Assembly: GCF_044704955.1 (NCBI RefSeq)
Contig: NC_091985.1
Coordinates: forward strand, 201,252,001-201,316,000
Reading direction: 5' to 3'
DNA: 64,000 bases
Source of the DNA: Pristiophorus japonicus
Lineage: Eukaryota
This document shows, in pieces, positions 1 through 17,500 of this stretch. Within the stretch, counting starts at the first letter, position 1, and every line of letters starts with the position of its first letter. Both the position numbers and the translations under genes were made by a program. The notes beneath the pieces were generated by a model. The model worked only from the letters and a program-made list of their open reading frames with translations, had not been told where the DNA came from and made no database searches.

Positions 1-1
1 C

Positions 2-133
<132 letters not shown>

Positions 134-173
134 AACTCCACGCTGTCCTGACAGAACAAACCCCAAACACAAC

Positions 174-214
174 GGCTCTTTTAAGAGCCACCCACAACCT
201 CTCTGAAAGAGCTG
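174..214 (+). terminator. Histone 3' stem-loop plus purine-rich downstream element (U7 site)
   Basis: GGCTCTTTTAAGAGCC-ACCCA at 174-194, GAAAGAGCTG at 205-214. Confidence 0.92.
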
Positions 215-1058
215 CACAAGCGCATCACCCTTTAGACTCAATTTACTGTAATTATTTCCTGAACATGTGTGTTTGAGAACCTTTGCAGTTCCAGCTGTGG
301 ATTTAGTTTTGATTTCTCATAAGCAGCTTCACTGTCCGGTTCGTCGTTAGGCCGCTGTTGATATTCAAGCTACAAACACGGTTCCTTGTCGCTCGTTCCC
401 ATTTACAGCGCCTGTCGAGGAATTAGGAGCTTGTTTCGGGGATGAGACTCACATTTCAGTCATCTCATTCTCTCGCAAGCCCTTTTCGAGTTTATTTTTC
501 AATTCCTGTTGCGGGTCAATCCGTTTATTAACCCGGGACTCCCCGCAGTGTAAAAACCGAGAATGGGAGTTCGTACAGAGACCAGAACGGGAGCAGTGTG
601 AACACTCTGTCCCTCTTCCCTTTTCACAGAAGGACTTCCAGTTCTGGTCTCACTTCCCCCTGTGCGGAGGATCGATCCATGATCTGTGATTCCCAACTTT
701 TACACAATTTGAGCTGGAATGTGTCCCGTTACAGAGTCAGTGGGGATTGATTGCCATCCGTTACAGACAGATTGACAGTGAACGCGAATTTAATCCTGAT
801 TGTAACAGCCTGGAATTTGTAAGGGAAATATGGAATAAAATAAAAGGAAGTAAAACCTGTTTGTAAACTTTTGGCTAATGGTGAATTTATTAACATAATC
901 CGCACTTAAAAAAATTATTGGCGGTACTTTTGAAATTAAAAATCGTTCGAGGTCTGACTGTTGACAGGAATTTCCGCCCTCGTTTCATTGGTGGTCTCAA
1001 CAGACAATGGGGAAGGCGAGAGATTAACATTCAGCGGCGATTTGAGTAAAGAATCACC

Positions 1059-1280
1059 ATGACTGGATGAGGAGGCAAAGGACTGGGTAAAGGCAGAGTC
1101 AAGCGAATCTCGGGCCTGATCTACAAGAAGACCCGCGTGATACTGAAGGTTTTCCTGGAGAATGTGATCCGGGATGCGGTCACCTGCACTGAGCACGCCA
1201 AGCACAAGATGGCCACTGCCATGGATGTGGTCTACGCTCTGAAACAGCAAGGCCGCACTCTCTATGGGTTCGGCGGCTGA
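1059..1280 (+). pseudogene. H4: Histone H4 pseudogene
   Basis: Reads [21 protein letters not shown]...LYGFGG*; stop at codon 4; 30 codons missing versus H4 at 22773-23084; stem-loop GGCTCTTCTCAGAGCC at 1314-1329. Confidence 0.93.
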
Positions 1281-1552
1281 ACAACGCGACCTTTCCCCCA
1301 AGCACAACACAAAGGCTCTTCTCAGAGCCACCCACCGCCTCACAGAGAGAGCAGTGACCCGGTGAACGGGGGCGAGATAGTTGATTTACATTTTGTTCTG
1401 CATAGATATGTTTTTTGCCAAGATCTATATTGTGGTGTTAGGTGTTTTAAATCAGCATATATCGATGGACAGAACGTCCTTTTAGTTTTCGAATCACAGA
1501 CATTTACGGGGCATTCTAGATGAAGGTAATACTGAAACAACTAATGTAGTTA

Positions 1553-2843
1553 GAACATAAGAACATAAAAACATAAGAAATAGGAGCAGGTGTGGGCCAT
1601 ACGGCCCCTCGAGCCTGCTCCGCCATTTAATACGATCATGGACTCAGGTCTACTTCCCTGCCCCATAAACCCTTATTCCCTTATCGTTTAAGAAACTGTC
1701 TGTTTCTGTCTTAAATTTATTCAATGTTCCAGCTTCCACAGCTCTCTGAGGCAGCGAATTCCACAGATTCACAACCCTCAGAGAAGAAATTTCTCCTCAT
1801 CTTAGTTTTAAATGGGCGGCCTCTTATTCTAAGATTAAGCCCTCTAGTTCTAGTCTCCCCTAGCAGTGGGAACATACTCTTTGCGTTCACCTTGTCAAGC
1901 CCCCTCATAATCTTATATGTTTCGATAAGATCACCTCTCAATCTTCTGAATTCCAATGAGTCGAGGCCCAACCTACTCAACCTTTCCCCATAAGTCAATT
2001 CCCTCATTCCGGAATCAACCTTGTGAACCTTCTCTGAACTGCCTCCAAAGCAAGTATATCCTTTTGTAAATATGGAAACCAAAACTGCATGCAGTATTCC
2101 AGGTGTGGCCTCACCAATACCCTGTACAACTGTAGCAAGACTTCCCTGCTTTTATACTCCATCCCATTTGCAATAAAAGCCAAGATTCCATTGGCCTTCC
2201 TGATCACTTGCTGTACCTGCATACTGACCTTTTGTGTTTCATGCACAAGTACCCCCAGGTCCCGCTGTACTGCAGCACTTTGCAATCTTTCGCCATTGAA
2301 ATAATAACTTGCTCTTTGATTTTTTTTTTGCCAAAGTGCATGACCTCACACTTTCCAATATTATACTCCATCTGCCAAATTCTTGCTCACTCACTTAGCC
2401 TGTCTATGTCCTTTTGCAGAATGTTTGTGTCCTCACACATTGCTTTTCCTCCCATCTATGTATCGTCAGCAAACTTGGCTGTGTTACACTCGGTCCCTTC
2501 TTCCAAGTCGTTAATATAGATCATAAATAGTTGGGGTCTCAGCACTGATCCCTGTGGCATCCCATTGGGTACTGATTGCCAACATGAGAATGAACCATTT
2601 ATCCTGACTCTCTGGTTTCTGTTCGTTAGCCAATCCTCTATCCATGCTAATATATTACCCCCAACCCCATGAACTTTTATCTTGTGCAGTAAGTAACCTT
2701 TTATGTGGCACCTTGTCAAATGCCTTCTGGAAGTCCAAATACACCACATCCACTGCTTCCCGTTTATCCACCCAGTTCGTTACATCCTCAAAGAATTCCA
2801 GCAAATTTGTCAAACATGACTTCCCCTTCATAAATTCGTGCTG
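1553..2843 (-). mobile_element. 5'-truncated CR1-clade LINE (RT end plus 3' tail)
   Basis: ORF pieces YINDLEEG..KFADDT, LVRPHLEYC, RRLRGDLIE; (GAACATAA)n tail at 1553; absent from the paralogous spacer at ~18260. Confidence 0.92.
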
Positions 2844-3422
2844 TTACATCCATGTTACAGCAGTGGCAGAGAAGAAAGGTGTTGAATTAAACGATGGGAG
2901 GAAGGCAGCATCAGGGCGGAAAGACAGTGAGGGCCCCTTGCCCTCATAGAAGGACGCCCAAGTCCTGATCAGAAGTGACCCTCAGGCAATCTCGGTTACA
3001 AACCGGTCAATGTCTCGAACATGTAAACATCTAGATCGACAAACACAGCAGCGAGTTTGCTGTTCAGATATATATATAGGAAAAAACGTGAAGCTCATAA
3101 GTCCGGCCGTCATTAACCATTTTTACCTGAGAGCAGAACAGAAACATAAAGAACAGAGTATAAATCGGGAGGGGATGCAATTGATGACCTCATTCAAGAA
3201 TTTGAGATTATGGCGAGCAATAAATCTGATTGGATGGTTAAAGAGACCAATCAGAGAGATACAGAACAATGGAAATTGACAATGCAGCCAATGAACCAAT
3301 CACAGTCATTGCCTTCACCAATCCGTCATTAGCACAGGGCTGTGGGCGGAGTGTGGGGCTGCCTAGAAAATGCTCGCCTGGAGCAGAATTTGCTTCATAT
3401 CTGTACCTGACTGAACAAGACG

Positions 3423-3797
3423 ATGCCTGAGGAAAAGAAACCAGCTTCGAAAAAGGGTGCCAAGAAAGTTATCAAGAAAACACCACCGAAGGGCGGCAAG
3501 AAGCGCAGAAAGTCGAGGAAGGAGAGTTACTCCATCTACATCTACAAAGTGATGAAACAGGTTCACCCCGACACCGGGATCTCCTCCAAGGCCATGAGCA
3601 TCATGAACTCGTTTGTGAACGATATTTTCGAGCGCATCGCGGGTGAGGCTTCCCGCCTGGCCCATTACAACAAGCGCCGCACCATCAGCTCCCGGGAGAT
3701 CCAGACCGCCGTGCGCCTGCTGCTGCCCGGGGAACTGGCCAAGCACGCCGTGTCGGAAGGGACAAAGGCGGTGACCAAATACACCAGCTCCAAGTAA
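3423..3797 (+). CDS. H2B: Histone H2B (124 aa), intact ORF
   Basis: Canonical H2B sequence; CCAAT boxes upstream; stem-loop at 3836-3851. Confidence 0.96.
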   Translation: MPEEKKPASKKGAKKVIKKTPPKGGKKRRKSRKESYSIYIYKVMKQVHPDTGISSKAMSIMNSFVNDIFERIAGEASRLAHYNKRRTISSREIQTAVRLLLPGELAKHAVSEGTKAVTKYTSSK

Positions 3798-3835
3798 AAC
3801 TACACGCTGTCCTGACAACAAACCCCAAATACAAC

Positions 3836-3876
3836 GGCTCTTTTAAGAGCCACCCACAACATCATTGAAAGAGTTG
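3836..3876 (+). terminator. Histone 3' stem-loop and downstream element
   Basis: GGCTCTTTTAAGAGCC then GAAAGAGTTG. Confidence 0.9.
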
Positions 3877-4628
3877 CACAAACACATCTCCCTTTAGACT
3901 GAATTTACTGTAATTATTTCCCGTGTGTGAGAACCTTTGCAGTTCCAGGTGTAGATTTAGTTTTGATTTCTCATAAGCAGCTTCACTGACGGGTTCAACC
4001 TTGGCGTCGCTGGAATTTCCTGCAGAGTCAACTACAAACACGGTCCCTGGTCGCTTTCCCTTTGTTCTAAGACCCGTTCATTCACAGCGCCTGCCGACGA
4101 ATTTATTTTGGGGGGCGGGGAAACTCCGATTTCAGTCACATTCTCACTCAAGCCCTTTTCACGTTTTGTTTTATTCCGTTGCGGCTCAGTCCGTTTATTA
4201 ACCCGAGACTCCCCGCAGTGTAACAACCCAGAATGGGAGTTCTTAGAGACTAGAACAGGGGCAGTTTGAACACTCTGTCCCTCTTCTCTTTTCACAGAAG
4301 GACTCTCAGTTCTGGTCTCACTCCCACAGCAGCTCCTGTGAAAACAAGTTCACTTTTACAAAGCTGGAGCTGGAATGTGTCCCGTTACAGAATCAGTGGG
4401 GACTGAGTCCCGCCCGTTACAGACAGTTTGAAACTGAAGCCGAATTTAATCTTGATTGTAACAGGCTGGAATTTGCAAGGCAAACATGGAATAAGACAAA
4501 AGGAAACAAATTGTTGAGAAATATATGACTAATGGTGAAGTTACTAACATAATCCGCAATTTTAACAATTATTGGCGGGATTTTTGAATTTTAAAAATCG
4601 TTACATTCTGACTGTTGGGAACCAGTAA

Positions 4629-8198
<3,570 letters not shown>

Positions 8199-9047
8199 GA
8201 TCATCAAGTTATGCTGCCGTGCTGATGACATCACTGGCCGCGACTTTGACATCTTAAGTAGGCCACCTGTCTGCTTTTGGTGGGGGTCTCGTCGAGTGGC
8301 TTAATCGTTGACGTAAATATTATGGCTGCCAGGAATGGAGCAGGTTGAAGGCGGGATTTCTAATTTCAAGATTTTAACCCCTCGCCCAACACATTCCTGC
8401 CTGTTGTTGGGGTGGGGGTTAAAATAGAGGCCTAAATTTCTAACTTTTGTAGAGCAGCAAATGCATTAGGTATCCAAGTATGTGCCTAAAATGATAGTTA
8501 ATGCTCCAGTCAGACAGGAATGAAGTAATGCAGAAATCCGCTGGTGTTGAACCCAGAATGTAGCTATTGGTTTCAGACTGGTAGCTGCTGTGTAAATGGA
8601 CCCTGTGAGAATTTGCTATGACAGAAATTTCTGCAATAGACTAACTTGCCAAATGATTCACACCAACTATGGGTGGTCTTGGAATCAGAGTGCAAAAAAT
8701 AGGGGCTATGTAGGCTCTCAACTCGCAAGGGTTTAAGTTACCCGAGATAACCACCAAACCTATCCTTATTCTTAATGGTGCTAAATTAGGACAGATCATG
8801 CAGCTCATAAGGAAATTAATGCAGTTAAGCAAAAGTGTGGTTGGCAGTGGTCTTTCCAAAACCTTCAAATCCTATGGCAATTGCAAATGTATAATATATT
8901 AAAAATAGTAAGTGGCTTCAACAGTCGGTACTGTGCCTGCAAGGGAGGGTCACACTATGTGAACTTTTATGTACAGAGCGCTGGACTAATGTTATGCGAT
9001 AGTCCCTTCCCGTCAATCGCAAGGAAGAAACAATATACAAAGAAAAA

Positions 9048-9452
9048 GAAATGACATGCATTTCTATCGCACCTTTCATGACCTCAGGGCGTTCCAAAGC
9101 GCTTTACAACCAATGAAGTACTTTCCAAATGCAGTCACTGTTGTAAAGTAGGAAAAACAGCAGCCAATTTGTGCACATCAAGCTCTCACTAACAGCAATT
9201 AAATAAATGACCAGATCATCTGTTTTACGTGTTGGTTGAGGATAAATGTCTGCCAGGACACCAGGAGAATCCCCTGCTCGTCCTCGAACAATGCCATGGG
9301 ATCCTCTACATCCACCTGAGAGAGCAGACTCGGTTCCACATCTCTGAAAGATGGCACCTCGAACACCAACACTCCCTCAGCACCGCACTGAAGTGTCAGC
9401 CCAGATCATGTGCTCAAGTTTCTGGAGTGGGCCTTGAACCACAACCTTCTGC
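9048..9452 (-). mobile_element. tRNA-derived DeuSINE (SacSINE1-like)
   Basis: Reverse complement matches the SINEs at 55290 and 61630 (CAGAAGGTTGTGGTTCAAG B-box region, GATCCCATGGCA core, AAAGCGCTTTGG tail). Confidence 0.8.
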
Positions 9453-10522
9453 CTCAAAAATAAAACAGTCACAACAAAGTCCAATTTTTACCCTAATATT
9501 TTTCCACAAGCATCCCAATTGTTAGTAAAAACATACATTTCGAATAATTTAATGATATGATGTATTCATGCATTTACATAAAATTGATTTTTTTTTACAA
9601 TATCTTGGGGTAGAGATCTAGATTGTTTACCTTTGCTTCAGTACTGTGTTAAAAACATTTATTTTAGACAGTCCTGGAGCGCAAGTCAAACCTAATGAAC
9701 TATATTACAGAAGTACAGAGTCAAAGGATGGCAGTGGTAGATTTTGCAGGTGAAATTTCACAGGGAATAATTTATCAGATTTAAGGGTAAGAAGAATAAC
9801 AATTGATCAAAAATTAACTGTTCGTGTATACTGTATGTTACTGTGAGCTGTAAGAGGATGTCAGCCAAATCATTAAATACGAGTTTGTAGCAAGTTTTGA
9901 CAACTTATTCTTTGTAATAGATTGTTTTTTAGATTAAAGGTCATCTGCCAGAATTCTTGGCTAATTTTGAATAGTTTATACACAAATAAATAAAGTATAT
10001 GAAAGTTAACGTTGACCTTCGAATCCTGAGTTAAATTCCATTCAATGGGCATTGATAGGCTCCCCCACCATCTTTACTTTTTCTTCTAATAGTTATCTAA
10101 CTTTATTGCAGAGTTCTCATTACCGACGGTTCTACATCTGCAAAGAACTGCTGATTTAAAATTGATGAAACGGACCTGAAATTAAGGGCTGAATCTTAAC
10201 TCCCAAAAACAGATGGCTGGGGTCGGGTCAAAGATTAAAATTTTAAAAATCTAAAACAGGAACCCAACCAGCCTCGAACCCGCCCACTTCTGGTTTTGAC
10301 GAGTGACCAATCCGCTCACGCGAGGCGGCTTGGTCATTTAAATATTAAAATGCCTGCCTTCATTTTAACAGTCATTCTATTTTTAACTCATGTCGGCTGG
10401 GATTCCCAATCCTTGGGAAACCTGGCGGATGAAAGGAGGTGAGAAGGGCTGAATCCATGAGGGAAGTGTCTTTACAGCACAGCTTGTGGGCCAGGAGCAG
10501 CAGGAATGTTTTCTCCAGAAAA

Positions 10523-10610
10523 CTGCTGCCCAAGAAAACCACCACTTCGTCCAAGAGCAAGTAAAGCGGACAAGATTTAATCTAATAACCCAAAGGCTCT
10601 TTTCAGAGCC
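10523..10610 (+). pseudogene. H2A: Detached 3' end of the H2A at 4809 ([13 protein letters not shown]) plus stem-loop
   Basis: Near-identical to 20377-20464; stop at 10562-10564; GGCTCTTTTCAGAGCC at 10595-10610. Confidence 0.93.
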
Positions 10611-10994
10611 ACTCACAGTATCTGAAAGGGCTGCTTACTGTATTATTGGAGACCTTCAGTTCAGGTACCGATAAATTGGTCTGTTTCAGACCTGTATGCG
10701 GGAGTTTTCAGTTCCTGGTATCTGCATTACGGTTCTCTGCTCACGCAAACTGTTCTAGTTAGCAGCTAATAATTAAATTACAGTTGTCAGAGACTCAAAA
10801 CTTGTATAAATACCGCAACCGGTTCCCTAAATATTATTTAGTCTATCAATGAAAGCTGTATGAAGAGAGTCGGCGGTTATTAAAAGGGCCTAATTTAATT
10901 CTGGTCTGGTTTGAGAGTTTGAATGCTGGTTCTGTTCCCGGGAGCTCCGGCTGTTCCCGGGCTGTGTATTTCTCTCCTTAGCCGGCCAGTTTAG

Positions 10995-11158
<164 letters not shown>

Positions 11159-11261
11159 TGATTCTGTATGGATAGATATTTTCGCCAAGGTCTATATATT
11201 TTAAATCAGCATATGCACGATGGATGGTATATCCTTTTAGTTTCAGAATTATAGACATTTA

Positions 11262-11564
11262 TCATCGAAGCTTCCAGCACGGAAGGAGGCCACTTCGGCC
11301 CATCGTGTCCGTGCTGGCCAACAAAAGGTTATCCAGCCTAATCCCACTTTCCAGCTCGAGGTCCGTAACCCTGCAGATTACGGCACTTCAAGTGCACATC
11401 CAAGTAGTTTTAAATGTGGTGAGGGTTTCTGCCTCGACCACCCATTCAGGCAGTGAGTTCCAGACCCCCACCCTCTGCGTAAAGAAATTTCCCCTCTAAA
11501 CCTTCTGCCAATTACTTTAAATTTATGTCCCCAGTGCTAAGGGAAATAGGCCGTTTATGGCACA
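11262..11564 (-). mobile_element. Short 3' fragment of a second CR1 family (target of the Tx1 insertion)
   Basis: Matches the 3' end of the CR1 at 58196-58500. Confidence 0.8.
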
Positions 11565-14500
11565 ACTCTTTTGGGGAAAACATAATAAATTAATCCAAGT
11601 GCGCCCCGATCTGGGGGACACTCCAAACACTTTTTTTTTGGGTGATTTTAGTGGGGTTTATTTGGGCAGTAAAACCATAATTTACAAGTGCTCCCTATAA
11701 AAGGGGAGGGGGACACTAAAACCCAGCAATTAAAACAAATTAAACTTTAAAACATATAAAATCATATTAAAATTTGGTTGCCGGGGGTGACAATGCACTC
11801 CAGTCCCTCCGGCGCACATCTCTCGCGGAAGGCCGCGAGCATACCGGTGGACACCGTGTGCTCCATCTCTAGGGACACCCCAGCCCGGATGTAAGCACGG
11901 AAGAGAGGCAGGCAGTCAGGCTGAATGACCCCCTCGACCGCCCGCTGCCTGGACTGGCTGATGGCACCCTTGGCCGTGCCCAGGAGCAGTCCTACAAGGA
12001 GGCATTCGGACCTACCCGCTCCCCTCCGCACAGGGTGCCCAAAGATCAGGAGTGTGAGACTGAAGTGCAACCAGAAATTGAGGAGCAGCCCCTTTAAATA
12101 TTGGAACAGGGACTGCAACCTCATACATTCACTAAAAACGTGGAACACGGACTCTTCCAGACCGCAGAAATTGCAGGCGGTCTGGGAGCCCGTGAACCAA
12201 CTTAAACATTTATTGCACGGGACTGCTCCGTGTACCACCCTCTAGGCCAAGTCCCCAATAAATAATGGGAGGACTCCCACGTAGAGTGCACTCCATCCTC
12301 CGGACAGCAAGATGGTACGCCATGGCATGTCCGGACGGCAGACGAGGATGGCAAGGTTGAGAGTGTGCAGGAGCAGCCCGTACAGGAAACCCCTCCGTGC
12401 AGAACTGAAAGGCACGGAGGGGATTTCCCCGAGGCGGCTCAAGTTGTGAGGTGCCGGCTCCCGAGGGAGGTTCCGGGGTTTGGCGCTGATGAGTTTGGAC
12501 GGGATCTCTTCACGTGCTTGAGCCTCCTCGACACACCTAACGGAGTCAGGGCCCAGAGCTGTTTTTAACAACTCGATGGCATCGGCCACGCGGCAGACGT
12601 CGGCCGAATTTAGGCGCCGTGCCAGCATGTCTGGCGCCATCCAGCCCTCTCCTCCGCGATCGAACAGGTCCCTGACCCTGGTCACCTCGCCAGCCGCAGC
12701 CCTCTCGTCTGACTGCCACCTGAAACCTCGGTCGTGGAGGTATGGATTCCCGAGCAGCGGCTCCTGCAGGACAGCCACCACTCCAGCCAGTGGAGAGCTG
12801 CACTTGGTGGAGACTTTGTTCCAGACCCTGATGAGTTCCTGCTAAAAGACAGGCAGCCCCTGGACAGCGGTCCTGATGCCCCTCAAGCTCACAAACAGGA
12901 GCTGCGTGTCATAGTTGAGGCTGTGCTGCTGGCGGAAGAAATATGTTGCCAGCGAATGCCACCTAGGAGGGGGCTCAACGTAAAGGTATCTCTGCAGGGT
13001 CTGAAGATGGAAAGTCGCTAGCTGGGTGCTGACGCACACCAACAACTGACCGCCCTCCCTAAGTGGGAGACTCAAGACCGCCGCAGAGACCCAGTGCTTC
13101 CTGTTGTTCCAGAAGAAGTCCACCAGCTTCTTCTGTATCTTGGCGACAAATGTGGGGGGAGGGGTCAAAGTGACCAGCTGGTACCACAGCATAGCGGCCA
13201 CCAGCTGGTTTCTGACTAGCACTCGACCCCTGTAGGACAGCACTCGGAGCAGTCCTGTCCAGCGCCCTAGGCGAGCGGCGACCTTGGCCTCCAGCTCTTG
13301 CCAATTTGCCGGCCAGGCTTCCTCGTCGGGGCTGAGATAGACTCCCAGATAGAGGAGATGGGTCATGCTCCAGGCAAAAGGCCTGAGCTCCTCCGGCAGG
13401 GAGTCCACCCACCACTGACCCACCAGGAGTCCGGAACATTTCTCCCAGTTGATCCTGGTGAAGGATGCAGCCGAATAAATCTCCTGGCACTCACGCATCC
13501 TCCGCAGGTCAATGGGATCCTCTACCGTGAGGAGCACGTCATCGGCGTAAGCCGAGAGGATGACCTCCATGCCCGGCCCTTGCAGAGACAGTCCGCTCAA
13601 CCTCGTCCGCAGGAGTCGCAGGAAAGTCTCCACGCAGATGGCATATAACTGGCCGACATGGGGCATCCCTGGCGCACCCCTCTTCTAAAGCAAAGGGGCG
13701 CCGTCAAGGACCCATTAACCTCAATCAGACACTCATGGCAGCATGCAAAAGTCGGATCCGGGCGACGAAATGCGTCCCGAACCCGAAAGCGTGCAGAGTT
13801 CCGAACAGATAGTCGTGATCCACCCTGTCGAACGCCTTCTCTTGGTCGAGAGATAGGAAGGCGACTGACAGACCAGCCTCCTGGGAGTGATGGATGAGGT
13901 CCCAGACCAGATGGATGTTATCGTGGATTGTCCGGCCCGGGACCGTGTAGGACTGGTCGGGGTGGATCATGTGGTCCAGCATGGCGCCAAGGCGAGCAGA
14001 CATCATCCTGACGAAGATTTTGTAGTCCGTGGTGAGGAGGGAGACCGGGCGCCAGTTCTTAAGTAGGCGGAGATCGCCCTTCTTGGGCAGCAGGACGATG
14101 ACTGCCCTGCACCAAGAGAGGGGCCTCTCCCCAGTCGCCAGACTTTCCCCCCAGGACCCACGTGTAGTCGCCCCCCAGGATGTCCCAGAACGCCCTGTGG
14201 AACTCCACAGTCAGCCCGTTCAGCCCCGGGGCTTTTCTCCTCGAGAGCGGGTGGAGGGCGCCGGTCAGCTCCGCCAGACTTAGCGGAGCTTCCAGATTTT
14301 CGGCGCCCTCTGGGCAGGTCCTCCCACAAAACTCTATGCGCTTCCTCGCTGGACAGCTCCGGAGAGAACAGAGCCCCGTAATATCCTCGGGCCCTGTTGC
14401 TGACGCCCTCCGGATCCGAGACAAGAGAGCCATCATCGGCCAGCAGCGTCAAGAGCTGCTTACGGACACCCTGTCTTTTTTCCAGTGAGTAGAAGAAGGG

Positions 14501-17500
14501 GGAGCCACGGTCCAGATCACGCAGGAACCGGATCCGCGACCTCACGAACGCGCCTCGGGACCCGATGAATTGCAGGTCCTTCAGTGCGGCCTTCTTCGCT
14601 TTGTTCACTGTCCGCAGGGCCGGGTCCTCGACGACTTGACCGAGACGGGACTCCAGGTCGAGCACCTCTTTTTCTAGGCGACCGACCCTGGCCGCCCACC
14701 CCTTGGTCGACACCCTCACATACTCTTTGCAGAAGACACGGACGTCAGCCTTGCCCACGTCCCACCATAACCTCAAGGAGAGGAAGTCCCCCTGCTTCCT
14801 TCTCCAGTTGGCCCAGAAACGACAGAACGAGTCCTGGAACCACTCGTCCTCCAGCATCTGGTTTTTAAAATGCCAGTACGCGGACCCCATCCTCGCATGG
14901 AGTGAAGCGAGCTCCGCCCACACCAGGTGGTGGTCCGAACACAGCGCCGGCCACATGGAGGCCGTCGGAACACAGGAAACGTACGCCGGAGACACGTAAA
15001 TGCGGTCGATTCTGGACCATCCTCTTCCAGGCCTCACCCAAGTAAAGGCGCTGGAGTTGGGATGGAGATTTCGCCAAACGTCCACCAAGTCGAAGGACCC
15101 AACCAGGTCCCTCAACTTCTCGATCGCTATCATGCTCTGCGGGGCACCGGAGCAGTCCCTCACCTCGAGGGTGCAGTTAAAATCCCCTCTGAGGACAATG
15201 CAGTTGCCGACGTCGACGGGGCCAAGAAGAGCGGACGCTTCTTCGAAGAAGCGCGTTTGCTGCGGGCCGGGCTGAGGGGCGTACACGTTCATGAGATGGA
15301 ACGGCATGTCCCCCAGGCGAACCGTGACGTGCAGCAATCGGCCTGGCATGGGCTCCTCGACCCCCAAGATCTCCGGCTGAAAATGCGGGGCCAGCAAGAT
15401 GGCCACCCCACAAGAAGTGGCAGTGAGGTGGCTCATGCGGACCTCTCCTTGCCATTCCAGGAGCCACGTGGCTTTGTCTCCCAGAACGGTGTGGGTTTCT
15501 TGCAGGAAGCACACCGCATATTTCCACTCCCGCAAGAGCGAAAAATTGTTAAATCTACGGCGTGCCTCTCTGCCACCGTTGATGTTGAGGCTGGCTATGG
15601 TTATCTTCATGAAAAAGCATAGTGCAACCTCTACTTAACCTATTGTGGGGGAGGAGTGGAGTTGTTTGTTGACCTCCACTCCCTCAGCAGCCGAGCGAGA
15701 AATGTTTTGAACTGGTGCAGCTCAAGGTTTTGCGCCTTTGATAAGGGCCCGCCCGCGGCCATGGTTTTAGCAGCAGCGTGGATGGACCTGATGAGGAGCG
15801 CCAGCTTGGACCATTTTTCCAGGGCCAGATAGGCTCGGTTGCGGCGACCCTGGCTCTGGACCATAAAGTCCCTGAGCTCCTTTACAGGAATAAGGGGGGA
15901 CTCAGCAGCGGGCACGAGGAGATCCACCGCCTCACTGGCGATGGACTCCAGATCTTCTCCCGTGCCCTCCACCGAGTCCCCATCTGCTCTGGGAGGTCGC
16001 CGCTAGCAGCCGGTCCGTCGACCGCCCGAGGTACGGCAAACTGCCCGGCCACTCCATCCGGCCCTGGCTCTGCCCCGATCCCGCCCCCAGGATCGTCGGC
16101 AGTGGAGTCTCCACTGGGCTCTTTTAACTTTTAATTGTGGTGCTGGGTCAGGAAGCGGCAGCGGAAGGGGTTCCCCCTCCGCCCCAGGTACCGGGGAACA
16201 TGGAGAGACCTGGTCCAAGAACCGCTCCAGGTCCTCCAAGTCCTCCAGCTCCAAAGTTGGGGGCGAGGGTTGGTGTTGTTCCCCCTTCCCGCCGCCACCC
16301 CCCAGCCCAGCATGTGTAGGTTCTTTAAAATTTTGAAAATTTTCTTTATCTGCCGGATCGAGCAGATCCCGGGAGGTGTTGTATATTGGCTGAGCAGGCT
16401 CAGGTTCGGCCTTTTCAGCCCCGCCCGCCTCAGTCCCCGGGACGCCCGACCCGGCGGCGATGCATTCCTCCGCCGGCCCCACGCCCTCCACAACAGGCAG
16501 ATCTTCCTCGCCATCCCCGGGAGGCAGAGGCTGGGCAGCCTCGACTGTCTGACCCTCCCCGGGGACAGATTCCCCCCCGCCTACGGCGCAGTTTGGGGGC
16601 GCTGGTGGGGGATGCGGGACATGCGGCAGGCACCAACTCCTCCGCGGAGGGATATTGTTCCCCCTCCGCCTCATTGGAGCGGCGCCTCCTTTTTTGTCTG
16701 GGGGGGTGCGGAGGCAGGGAGACCTCCATGTCTGCCAAGGCCTCCCGCTCGCTCCCCCTTTTTGTTTTTCTTGCCCGCGTCCGAGCCCTCTGTGGTATTG
16801 GTCGAGGGCTCGGGCACGGGCTCAGGGCACCCCGCGCTCGCCGGTGACAACGGGTAGGCTGAGCGCGGTGATGGGGCTGTTCAGCGCACTGAGGGGACCC
16901 GTCTCGAGGAATTTTACCTTCCTCCGCGCCTTCCTTCCGCCCGGACGCTCTCCCTACCCCCCGCCAGAGGCCATGAAGACAAAGGCCTCCGATGATGTCC
17001 GCGCACCCACGCGGATGCTACTAGGGGGAGGGGTGGCGGCGGCGCCAGCCTTGGCCGCCTTTGGTGTTTTGGCGGCCTTGGAGGCGGAGCAGTTCTTACG
17101 AACGTGCCCCACCTCCCTACAGGCATGGCACCGCACGCCGTCCGACGTCCAAAAGATGCGGTAGGCAGTCCACTCGAGCACCACATTGAAGGTGCCCTCC
17201 GTCATCTCCTCCCGCGCCAGCCGGACAAAAAGCTGGCAGCGGAATGAGAACACGTGACGCAGGCTGGTCTCCCTGAGGCCGAGCGGTATCGGGTTAATCC
17301 CCGACCTTACCTCCCCCAGTTGATGTAGGTGGGGGAGCAGGAGCTCAGCGGGAACAAAGGGCGGGGCGTTCGAAAGAATGACCCTCTGCATGGTGGCTTT
17401 GAGAGAGTCCAGTGGCTGGAACGTCCCACCTACCGTGAGCCCCTTTTCAACAGCCAGGGACACCGCCCGCTCCGACCCCAGGAAGAACACAGCCTTCGCG

